Assembly (NCBI GenBank): GCA_008632985.1
Contig: QPGO01000028.1
Location: 429,598-493,597, forward strand
Length of the DNA: 64,000 nucleotides
Direction: 5' to 3'
DNA from: Psammoneis japonica
Lineage: Eukaryota
In this document: positions 24,007 to 34,550 of the stretch, one piece after another
How positions within the stretch are numbered: the first letter of the stretch is position 1
Layout: each line of letters begins with the position of its first letter
Program-made: the position numbers and the translations under genes
The notes under the pieces: generated by a model
Databases searched by the model: none
Told to the model about the DNA's origin: nothing
What the model saw: only the letters and a program-made list of their open reading frames with translations

Positions 24007-24999
24007 CTAAACATCAAATTTTACTCCGGTTGCTTCCTCACTCGCCTTCCAGAGCATCTCCATCGCCTCTGGATCATTCTCGTACTGTTCAGGTGGATTC
24101 ACAATGGCTGGTCCACTCACTTTCATCTTGCCAGGCCCGGGACCGTACAAGACTCCACTTTCGGCACTTTCATCCATCATGCCCTTGAGTATTCCCATGG
24201 TTCCATCTTCACCACTCTGCACCATGAATGGTCCGACAATATACTTTACTACAAAGTTTCCAACGAATCCATAGTTTAAGTGATTGTCCAAGTTCGTATC
24301 GGACCCACCGGGATGGGCAGCAATGGCCTTGATTTTAGACTGTTTGGCCTTTAGTTTTTCGTCAAGCGCATACGTAAAGACCGAATTGGCCAACTTGGTT
24401 TGGAAGTAGCGATGAAAACAGGCTCCCTTCATTAATCCAACACTGTCTCCACCCAAGTTTCCTCCATTCTTTTCCAAATACTTGAGCTCGAGCTTGCTGT
24501 TGGGAGTGAAGTGTCGTCCTCCACTGCTGTGGTTCACAATACGGGCATCTCCATTTGTGTTAGCGTATTCCTGAAGGAGAGGAAAGAGCTCTGCCGTCAA
24601 CAAAAAATGTGACAAGTGATTGGTTTGCATCTGCGTGTCATATCCGTCCACGGTAGCCTTGTCGGGAGTCGCCATGATTCCAGCGTTGTTGCAAAGACAG
24701 TAAATAGAATCGTATTTCGCCTTGATTTCGCCCGCTGCATTTTTCACACTTTCAAAGCTTTGCAAGTCGCACTCAATGACTGTAAAGCTTCCATCTGGAA
24801 CCGCTTCTTTCAGTTTCTGCAAGGACTCGTCGACACGGGTAGACTTGCGATTCAACAGAACGACCTCTCCGCCCTTTTCCGCAACCGTGCGAGCCGCGAT
24901 AAAGCCTGTTCCAGATGTGGTTCCTGTGATGCAAAAGACCTTGCCTGTAACATCCGGTAGCGCCTCCTTAAAGGCAGGGAAGAGCTTGCTAGCAACCAT
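24007..24999 (-). CDS. Short-chain dehydrogenase/reductase (retinol dehydrogenase/WWOX-like)
   Basis: CITGTTSGTG, CDLQSFESV, LCNNAGIM, QTNHLSHFLL, YFQTKLAN (YxxxK) and AAHPG. Confidence 0.92.
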   Translation of the reverse strand: MVASKLFPAFKEALPDVTGKVFCITGTTSGTGFIAARTVAEKGGEVVLLNRKSTRVDESLQKLKEAVPDGSFTVIECDLQSFESVKNAAGEIKAKYDSIYCLCNNAGIMATPDKATVDGYDTQMQTNHLSHFLLTAELFPLLQEYANTNGDARIVNHSSGGRHFTPNSKLELKYLEKNGGNLGGDSVGLMKGACFHRYFQTKLANSVFTYALDEKLKAKQSKIKAIAAHPGGSDTNLDNHLNYGFVGNFVVKYIVGPFMVQSGEDGTMGILKGMMDESAESGVLYGPGPGKMKVSGPAIVNPPEQYENDPEAMEMLWKASEEATGVKFDV

Positions 25000-25382
25000 G
25001 GTACTATTATTAGATTGGCCTATTTTTACCGGTGTCGGTATTTGCCCGGCCATACGTTGGGTGGAGCTGGCAGATGGGCCAAATTCTGTCCGTTGTTCTA
25101 CATGTCGTGAGCGCTCCTTTTAATTCAATTCAATCCTAACAATTACCCGACCCTCGTCAGAGCCGGTGCCTATACTAAGCTTTAGTCACGCCTGAGGCCG
25201 CTACTCTAGAGAGGATACAACGACTCTCTGGCCCAACTAATCGGCCAATTATTAGGGTTTCGTTGCCAGCTATCCTCAATCTACTACAATGAAAGAATTG
25301 TCCTACAACGGTTGCGACCACGTGTTGCGAGTTGCTAAAGCTCAAAAGTGATCACAAACTCTATTGTAGTAAAAAGTGAATA

Positions 25383-26726
25383 TTACCTCCACGATTTCTC
25401 TTCAGGTCTGTGTATTGTGGAAGTTGTGTGTGTCACATTATCCTTCAGTGGCTTGTCTCCTTGGTTCAATTTCGCCATTTCCTCAAAGGCAGCAGCTCTT
25501 AGAACCTCGGTCAGTCCCAAAGCCTTCTCCTTGCCAACCCGCCTGACGAACGACTCTAGCCATCCTCGAATGTCATCATTAGTCCCTCCAATTTCTCCAA
25601 CCATGGATTCACGGAATTTAAAGTCCTGGTTGGGTTTAGCACTAACATATAGTTCCTCGGGGCCAATGTAGTGATGAACTCGAAACACGGCTTCAGCATA
25701 GGGCACAAAAGCAACACCAGGAACACAGAGATCACTATTGAGAAAGTGCGGAGACATCACTCTACTTCCGTCGTATCGGGAAGCATCCACTATAAATTTT
25801 CCTGGAAAAGTGCTTTGATGTGGCTGGTGATGGCGGAACCGGAGAGTGAAAAATGCATTCGGATCAAATCCGTTTGGAACTTGAGCGTGTGTTTCATTCG
25901 CCAGGCTGTCCTTATTTGAGAAAAAGACACGGGGGAGGACCATGCATGGCTTGTCGAAATGATAGTACCTATCGGTACGGGTCATCTCACGCGTCATATA
26001 TCGGGCCAAGCTAGTTTCTCCGATTGCTGGTAATCTTGATCGCGGGTGAACTCCATTCTCAATGTCGTCACGAAACTCTTCTTCGCACTCTGCCTGTGCA
26101 GTCTTATTCGGGTCGACACAACACCATGGCTCAGCCAATTCGCCTTTGACATAGTTGTTGAAGGTCAAGAATTCGTCTGAATCTAAGATTGCGGTCCATC
26201 TTCTGTTTTTCTCTTTCAGTGACTTGATGCACGCTTTCGTAAATGCCAATTGCCTCCTTCGGTGAAAAATATGTCGCATTGTCTTGTTTGCTCCAGCGTC
26301 ATAATATAACTGCCAGTTTGGCAAAAAGTCTTCGTCATGCCACAATTCAATAATCAAGTTTGGTAACGTACGAAACTTGTCAAGAATCCATTCTGGCGAA
26401 GTTTGGCTATACGGATCGACCGCAACAATCAAGTGGCGGAGAGGTAGGGCTTCATAGTGATAAGCTATCCATTCCGGTAAAACGCGATTGACGTCCTTGA
26501 TGATAAGGCAAGCCGAAAAGTCGAATGGATCATCGATTCGCGGCTGAAAACGTGCTTGATATTTGTCGTCTGTATACGAAAATTGAAGCTCGATGTAAAA
26601 GGTGCAGGCAAAGAAGAAAACCAACCCTAAAGCAAAGAGGGTCCATCGCGGCGGCTCTTTCCTCTTTCTAGACTTGTTCTTCTGCTTTTGCGTCCCTCTT
26701 GTGTTGTCCCTTGCTAATTTTATCAT
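25383..26726 (-). CDS. Type II membrane glycosyltransferase (GT92/GT2-like)
   Basis: TM helix followed by FSACLIIKD..LPEWIAYHY, WTAILDSDEF (DxD) and RVHHY. Confidence 0.8.
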   Translation of the reverse strand: MIKLARDNTRGTQKQKNKSRKRKEPPRWTLFALGLVFFFACTFYIELQFSYTDDKYQARFQPRIDDPFDFSACLIIKDVNRVLPEWIAYHYEALPLRHLIVAVDPYSQTSPEWILDKFRTLPNLIIELWHDEDFLPNWQLYYDAGANKTMRHIFHRRRQLAFTKACIKSLKEKNRRWTAILDSDEFLTFNNYVKGELAEPWCCVDPNKTAQAECEEEFRDDIENGVHPRSRLPAIGETSLARYMTREMTRTDRYYHFDKPCMVLPRVFFSNKDSLANETHAQVPNGFDPNAFFTLRFRHHQPHQSTFPGKFIVDASRYDGSRVMSPHFLNSDLCVPGVAFVPYAEAVFRVHHYIGPEELYVSAKPNQDFKFRESMVGEIGGTNDDIRGWLESFVRRVGKEKALGLTEVLRAAAFEEMAKLNQGDKPLKDNVTHTTSTIHRPEEKSWR

Positions 26727-27771
26727 CAGTCGCTTTCTTCGCTTTGAAGGTTATTATCCTGCTTTGATTTGTTGGTGGTTTGTGTTGTTTTGGCTTTGGT
26801 TATGGTTGTGATCAGTTCATGTTGGCATTTGTTTTGTCGTGGAATGGTCCGGTCCAGGATTTGATTTATTTTTTGTGGCGCAGGCCCTACAGTATAGTAC
26901 AGTACAGTACAGTATTACAAATGCTGTACAAGTGCATCCTTCTTTTCGGGATATGATCATAAGAGAAAGTAGTTCATATGATTTTTCAAGGCTAAGAATA
27001 TAAATCTATTTATCGTCTACCAAGCCGTATTTGGTATATTATCCGTTGATCAGGAAAACTATGGCCTCAACTGTCGTAAAAATTAGGGCCTAGCAATATA
27101 AAATGTGCTAATGCGATTGACTGACTCGATCGACTTGAAAAGCAGAGATCTTGATTTGACGACCATGACAAAATCAGTTCCCGCTTCCCTTTCTTCAAGT
27201 ACCGGTAGCCATAACTACTGTAACTATGTGCATTGTGCCTCGAACAATAATTGCTCAGGAATGCCAAACACGACGTGTTCAGTGTGAATTGATCGCGCCA
27301 AATTGTGTCCCTGGCTGGTGAGAGGTGCGCGTTGATGACACTATCCGGACGCAGGCAGGACGGGCACTTTTGGCGGGAAAAATGCGTGAGCCACGAAGAT
27401 TGTTCCCATGGAAACGTGGCGCCTCTAGTTCTCCTTTGTTCTCACTTTTGCTTCTGATGTTCTTCTTTTTTGGTTGACACCCCATCATCTCTGAAACAAC
27501 CCGAGCATCGTGGTGTGGTGTTGGCACCGACATAGATCCCTAAAAATCTGGCATCAACCTCATATTTGCTTTTTGAAACTCCAACCCAAGCACATTCTCG
27601 ATCCTCACCAATCCTGCAACAATCCGAATTGTTCTCTCGACACACGGACAAAGCCCGAGCACTTTCCTAAGAATTTCTTTGTGTCAAGACACAACCGAAT
27701 CTCAATTCAGTCTTCCTTTACCTTTCTTTTAAAAAAAAGTGACAACAAGCGCATTTGATACCAAAAGCACC

Positions 27772-30425
27772 ATGATATCTCTATCTCCGATAATTCGCCA
27801 GCTTGATCTGTACTCCTGGGGAACGCGTTCCCTGTGCCGCACAATGTTGTTTGCTTACTTGCTGGTTTTATGTGTTGCCAGCGAGGAGGGCGAAGAAGAG
27901 GTAGAGCCCGCAGTTACCGTACTGTTTCCCTGGTTTATTGAAATTCTCGGTGTCATCATCTTTTTTTTCACGGCAAGGTTGTTCAACATCTTTCCGTACA
28001 CGGCAATCATGTTTTTGCTGGGGACAATCATCGGAATCGGCGTTGCCAGACGCGACGGTACAAACGAGCTTGCAGAATCCGTGGAGCAGTGGCTTAAAAT
28101 TGATAGTGAAGTGCTGTTGCTGGTGTTTTTACCGGGTTTGATATTCAAGGATGCTTTTGGATTGAACGTTCATTTGTTCTCGTTGAGCTTTCTTCAATTG
28201 CTGGAGTTTGCTTTTCCAATGGTTCTGGCGGGTACAACCTTGACGGCGCTTGTTGCTTACTACATCTTTCCTTATGACTGGAGTTTTAACTTGTCCATGA
28301 CACTCGGAGCCATTCTTTCAGCAACTGATGTGAGTTTTGAATTGGAAATTGTTTCTTTTTTGGTGATAAATCTTACTCATTTCATGTCTTGTCACCTAAC
28401 CTAGCCGGTCGCCGTTAGCTCTCTGCTGGCTGAAGTCGGAGCACCCCCACGCTTAAAAATGCATATTTCGGGTGAGAGTCTCCTGAATGATGGTTCTGCC
28501 TTGGTGTTCTTCAATATTTTCAGCGGATTATACTTGACAGAGCTAGGTGTTAAGGGAGTTGGTGAAGATCTTACCGTGGGAGAAGGATTTGCCCTATTCT
28601 TTAGAGGGGCTCTTGGTGGATCGGGTATTGGAATTGGCTTTGGCATTGGTCTTGTCATTGTTCTGTACCTTTTGAGCAAAAGGCTGATTATGGAGGAGAA
28701 CGTCGTTCAAGTCGTGGCCACGATAACGTTTGCATATCTTACATACTACGTCGCGGATGTTATAGCATCAACTAGTGGTGTGCTTGCTGTTGTCTTTTGC
28801 GGCGTAACCGCAAAAGCACTTGGATCGTCTATGATCAATGACCAAGAACTCATGGATAGCTTCTGGACTCTTGTGGAGCATCTTCTCAACACTTTGTTGT
28901 TCGCGTTAGGAGGAGTCGTGTGGGGAGAAATCATCTCGAATTCTGACCGCCGTGACGAAAAGTTTACCGGCACAGACTGGGGCTACTTGTTCTTGCTATA
29001 CGTCTTTCTCCATCTGATTCGGTTCTTCAACATGTTCAGTGCTTATCCTCTGACGAAAAGGATCGGTCTTGGCACAAAGTGAGTGGAAAATTGGTACGTC
29101 GTGTTGCATTGGTCAATGTTTTCTGATTACTCACAGATTTGTGCTGGCGACACGTTAGTTTGCGTGAAACGTTTTTCTCGAGCTATGCGGGTCTTCGAGG
29201 AGCTGTAGGCATCGCCCTCGCGATATCACTGGACAACAAAGTATTTGAGTCAACGGAAGATCCGATATATAGAACCCAAACAAGCACTTTGCTTGGTATG
29301 GTGGGAGGCATTGCATTTTTGACACTATTCATAAATGGAACGTTTGCTGGTCGAGTCCTTGTCAAGTTGGGTCTCGCTTCTTCGTCAGAAATTCGTGAAA
29401 GAATCCTCGAGAGCTACCGAGTGCGGCTGTTGAATGTGATGCTTGATGACTTTGTCTACTTGCTTACTGACCTGCGCTTTCGCAGGGTAGACTATTCAGT
29501 GGTTATTGCGCACGTACCCTTTTTTGATGGCATAACCGTTGACGATTTCAACGCTGCGGTTGAGCGAAACAAAGAAGAAGTCGCGCCCAAACTGTACAAG
29601 GAGCCGTATACTGACAATGTCCTTGCTTACTTCAACAAGTTCGGAGAGAAAGGAGAAGACGAGCAAGAAGAGGCTGAGGATCTAGAGCTTTCAGCGTCTG
29701 CACACCTCGAAACCTGGAACTTTGTTGAGGAGATATTTCGGAACAGTGGGTCAGGCGGTATTGCAAAGAACTCTGGAAAAGAGGAAACGAATACACTGGT
29801 CGAATTGCGATTGATCTTTATCGAACTTCTCCGTCATCAATATGCTTTACAACTGAAGAACGGGGAACTTGACAACCGTCGTGGGTTTATAGCTTATGTT
29901 TTAACAGAAAGTCTGGATTTCGCCACAGATGCCGTGAACAAAGGAAAGCCCATTAGTGATTGGGAAGAATCTGAAATCCTGAGTGGCTCATGGTATGAAC
30001 GAGGCGATCTCACGTTGCGTAAATATTCACGGATTGCTGCCCAGGAAGGATTGAAGACCGAGTTTCAACAGCTTCGAGTTGACGTCCATCGCGCTCTTGC
30101 CTTTGTCGATGCTCACTGGAAGGCACAAGAGCGCTTTCGAAAGGAGTTTGTCGGAGGCGAATTCTCAGTTCTGGAACAACAAATCGTTGAAGAGAGCAGC
30201 GCACAGGTGTGCCATGCTTTGCACGTGCTTAAGAGCAACGATGCAAAAGATGTGGAGAACGTCGTTTCTCATCTCCTGTGCACGATTTTGCTCAACAAGC
30301 ACGCCAGATTCATTGAGCAAATGTCGACGTCTGGGCTTCTTACGATGAAAGAAGCAACAGAGCAGATCGAGCGCATTGAAGAAGTGCTAGATGAAATCCA
30401 CAGCTGCTCCATGGACAAACACTAG
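27772..30425 (+). CDS. SOS1/NHX7-like (SLC9C-type) Na+/H+ antiporter; introns 28330-28404 and 29079-29158
   Basis: LLVFLPGLIF, ILSATD|PVAV across a GT-AG intron, ISGESLLNDG, SGVLAVV and AGLRGAVGIALA. Splicing keeps the frame. Confidence 0.92.
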
Positions 30426-30845
30426 AGAGCAGTAGAGAGTACAGTACAAGTACGAGTACTGGTATGATAGAGTTTCACCGCGCATTGCCAAGTGATCTCG
30501 ATCGACCTAATTTTTGATTTTGGCGCTCCCACTCCCAGCATAGATTTCTGGATAAAAAGCGTGCGAAAATGTATAATTCACAAACATCATTAAAGGACCT
30601 TTTCATTTTTCAATGCATGGCACAACATTACATACAACAAGAGCTTTTTTTCTCGAACAACACTGCTCTTTTTCTAGATGGAGCTTGAGCAGTCTGCAAC
30701 TCTTTTCATGGCGATAGTTAGTTGCTAATTGCTCTCGCCGGTTTGCTTTTAACCAAATTGAATAAACAAGGAAACTTCTTAAGAAGCTCGAAAACATGCA
30801 AAATATATAGAATGGTTGAGAAGAACGGCATACGGATTGCCTTCA

Positions 30846-32312
30846 TTATGCGTTGTGCGTGTAAAGATTGTATTCTTCCGGTCTTCCATGCATGGGCGCC
30901 AAGAGCGGCTCTCCTCGGACCCATTCCCACGCTCTCAATCCGACACAGGTCCCTGCCGACAAGAAGGTCCGAAACACGAGGGGCAAAATCAGAATGCGCC
31001 TCAGCGCCAATTCTCTCAACACGACATACATGGTGGAACTCGCTCCGGTACAAAAGGCATAGGACTGCCCACCAATGGCCAAATCCCGTCCACAGAGCAA
31101 ATCTCGAAAAATACCCCCAAAGCAAACGGTTACTCCAGACGTGGCGGCCACAACAGGATGAAGGCCAACACGAATTGCCATAATGACGGCTGCAATCGAC
31201 AAGGAACTGAGGCCCATGGTGTCTAACCAGTAGGTTTCCCAACCATTGTAAAAGCGGTGTTGAACCAAGCGCTGTAGTTCGTGTGTGTCAATATCACCGG
31301 AATCGTCATCGTCAATGTGACCAAAGTAGAGAGCCCCGTCTTTGCGTTCTTCTTCATCAATCATGGCCAAAACTTCGGGATTCACAACTTTGGCATCGCT
31401 ATGATTGGCCAACTTCCATTGTGACAAGAGATCCGACGAGTGTGATTTGACGTGAGGCAGAGCCTCTCGAATGGTGGCACGAAAGGCTGCATCACGTTGC
31501 CACGCCTCGAGAAAGGCGGGCATTCCAATGTGCCCCGTCTCGGGTTCTAAATTTTCCTTGCCAATCACGTGTTCAATGTAATGATTGGCTTGGGACGTGC
31601 AATAATAGTGCCAACCAAAAAAGGTAACCAACGAAGATCCCACAGCCACGAGCAAATAACTGGGATTGGCCACCCACCGGACACCCGGTTTGCCTAGTAA
31701 CGGCGAGGCACCGCCATACAAGACGGCATTGAGAGATCCACCCCCTAGAGCTGCAACACACCCCACCAGGGTACATCCTACAATGTTCATGCCAGCGTCA
31801 CCCGCCACTTGAGTACCCACAACGGCAAAGAGTGCCGTACCGGCATAATCAAAAAAGTTAATGACTCGTACGCCCCACTTGTCGAGGGGGTTTTCGGGAT
31901 TGGCAATGGCATTTAAACACAACTCGCGTGTCGTCTTTTCGGTGAGAGCTTTTTGACCGACTTGTTCCAACTGAGCATGTGTCGTCATTTTGGAATCCTG
32001 TTTCAGAAGATTCTTGCGCAAGAGGTGCAATTCGTTGCGTGTCAAACGAACACCGACAGACTTTGCAATCTCGTCAATGGTGTTTGTGGTGGTGGTAGTA
32101 CACGAATTAGAAGTAGTAGGCAATACCGTTGCTGTTGTTGTTGTTGTTGTTGGCGTGGAAGCACCGTTTGGTGGTGGTGGAGGAGGAGCAGTCCATACGG
32201 TGGATGTGCTTCCGGAATCAGAAAACTGCTTTGTTGGGAAACTTCGTGCTCGACGCGGCTTACACGACGATAGTAAGCGCTTGCTTCGCAAAAGACGACT
32301 TGATCGTGTCAT
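30846..32312 (-). CDS. TRIC/UPF0126 (YadS-like) membrane protein with an internal EF-hand
   Basis: Two UPF0126 repeats (FFDYAGTALFAVVG..AALGGGSL; LDTMGLSSL..VCFGGIFRDLL) separated by IDDDDSGDIDTHEL (EF-hand). Confidence 0.85.
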   Translation of the reverse strand: MTRSSRLLRSKRLLSSCKPRRARSFPTKQFSDSGSTSTVWTAPPPPPPNGASTPTTTTTTATVLPTTSNSCTTTTTNTIDEIAKSVGVRLTRNELHLLRKNLLKQDSKMTTHAQLEQVGQKALTEKTTRELCLNAIANPENPLDKWGVRVINFFDYAGTALFAVVGTQVAGDAGMNIVGCTLVGCVAALGGGSLNAVLYGGASPLLGKPGVRWVANPSYLLVAVGSSLVTFFGWHYYCTSQANHYIEHVIGKENLEPETGHIGMPAFLEAWQRDAAFRATIREALPHVKSHSSDLLSQWKLANHSDAKVVNPEVLAMIDEEERKDGALYFGHIDDDDSGDIDTHELQRLVQHRFYNGWETYWLDTMGLSSLSIAAVIMAIRVGLHPVVAATSGVTVCFGGIFRDLLCGRDLAIGGQSYAFCTGASSTMYVVLRELALRRILILPLVFRTFLSAGTCVGLRAWEWVRGEPLLAPMHGRPEEYNLYTHNA

Positions 32313-32749
32313 TCTGATGTTGATCGGGATGGGTGGTCTACCATGTGAACATTAACAAAAGCAGTTCAACCATAGTACCAGAACAGGTAACAAAACTCCA
32401 AACTTCTGGAACACGCTGCTGCAGACGCAGGGGAAAGATCCGTTGGCGATTGGCGATTGGCGATTGGCGCCGTCTTGCGTCACTCTCGTACTGTACGAAA
32501 CAGCCGCTGTTTCAAATTCGCTGATTGGTGCGTGTCTTTCTGCGATGAGGAAAGTCAGCTGCTTTACTTAAAAACTTATAAATATATACGAGAGGGAAGA
32601 AGAATCAAAAGGTTATCGACATGCATGCCAACCGTTCAACGGAAAGCATGTCGCATGTTTCTTCACGTTGGGGCAATGAAATTATTGCCACTCATTGAGG
32701 CGAGCCTGCCTTGAAGAGATGATTTGGTTGGGTTGTGTCACCGAGAACT

Positions 32750-34370
32750 AACTGACGTGCAAAACAGTTTCAGCCATCGAGTTGCTCTCTGTCAATGTGC
32801 TCATGATGGCTGCTGCTTGTCAGGGCTGGAAAGATTGCACTGACAGTTCTGTCTGAGGCTTGCACAGTGTGTCAACCAGTCGTGCAGCAGAAAATGCTCA
32901 GGTGCCTGCCCAACAGCGTGCAAGGTGCGGGTGGATCCCTTGGAGATGCACGCTCACACAGGGTCTGTGTCAGGGTCATGGAGTTGGCAAGCTTCTTCAG
33001 TGCACCACTTGCTGCAAGCCATTGTTGTGCTGTTTTGGATGCTGACAAGCCCAGTTGCAAAAATGATCATGACACAACTTGGATGATGACACCGAGGAGA
33101 CAGATGAGATGGGCAGCCCAGCACAAAAAGCGAACATGGCTGTGGTCATCAACTGCTCTTTTTTGACATTGTGTTGGTTGGCACTCATGACTCAAAGCTA
33201 AAAAATGATGTTCCACATGCACAGCTGCTCTCTTCAACACCTGGTTCTCTTCAATGCCTGATCTGCACAACAAAACAGCAGCTGAAGTGAAAAAAAGGAG
33301 GAAGGGCACTGAAGAAGACAAAAATGAAGGTGCCAGGACCACGACAACATGGGAGAGCATGGTGTTGAAGGTCAGAGGCATCAATTGAATGGCAAGAAAA
33401 CTGCTGCAGCAGCAGAGGCAGCAGCAAATGCACAGCCTGCCAAATGAGGCTGGCTTGCTTTTGTTCTAAACTGACAAGATCCCTTTGTTTTGCTGAATGC
33501 AACATGTGACATGGGTTGAGCTCACCTGGTTGACAGGTGTTCTCTTGTGACCCACAGTTGATTGCCAGCTTCATTGTGCCCTGGTTAACTTGAAGACACA
33601 GCTTCTGTGTTGTCCAACTCCCATCCATGTGAAATTTGATTTGCTGTGTTCTTCTTCATGCCAACTGATTCTTTGTCTTCAATGATCAAAGTTGACTGGC
33701 TTGTAGCCATTGCCAGTTGCAAAGCACTGGAGGCACTGCCATTTCCCATGTGACAGCATTGCTGCAGGGAGAGCAGAGCAGAGCACATTCCCTTCATCTC
33801 ACTCTCTCAGCCTGGTGGCTGCATTGGGTTCAGGGCATTTTCTTGCACATGATGAGTTGTTTGATGGTGGAAAGGGGCAATCAAAAAGTGCCACAAAGCA
33901 CTCCTGTCGGCACTGGGAAAGTTTGCACAAAATGGTCATGATTGCAAACTGACATGGCTCAGTCTCTGAATTGTGCAGATGATGATGCAATGACTTGTGA
34001 TCAGGGCAGCAGAGTGTAGCATCACACTCATTTTCTCACTTGCAACAGAGCATCAGGAAAGTCTGCACAAAATGGTCATTGCAAACTGACATGGTGGTTC
34101 AATTTCTCAATCGTGTGGATGACGATGCAATGACTTGTGATCAGGGCAGCAAGTGTTGCATCACCCTCATGTTCTCAATTGCAACAGGTTTGCTTTGGAC
34201 TTTTTTCCAAACAGAATGGTGGGAACCCGTCAATCTGGAAGTGAGTGACGTGGTGTTAAAAGACCAGCTGCAATCCTCATTGCAGAAAACCCCGTGTTCT
34301 TGTGATGGGTCAGGCCAAACAAGTTGTCTTTTGCTGATAACTCATTGAACCAGCCTTGCGACCATGAGAG
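32750..34370. repeat. TpA/CpG-depleted repeat remnant containing a ~135-bp tandem duplication (33916-34048, 34056-34187)
   Basis: The two units share GCACAAAATGGTCA, GCAAACTGACATGG, GATGCAATGACTTGTGATCAGGGCAGCA and TTGCAACAG. Confidence 0.7.
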
Positions 34371-34550
34371 CCAAGCCTAGAATGATTTTCAAAAACTTTC
34401 AAACTAACGTCAAACCATTATTTACTTTTGGCAACCCAATCCCACAAGCACTGCAGTTGAACTGAGTGATGTTCTATTTTGGCCCACACATTTGGACAAC
34501 CTGTTCTTCCTTCTGTGATGACAGCTCATCTTGTGCCGGTTCCGATGACC

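Noticed and set aside
26887..26918. (TACAG)n short repeat, and a similar one at 30430-30465
   Set aside because: Simple intergenic microsatellite with no spacers; not CRISPR-like.
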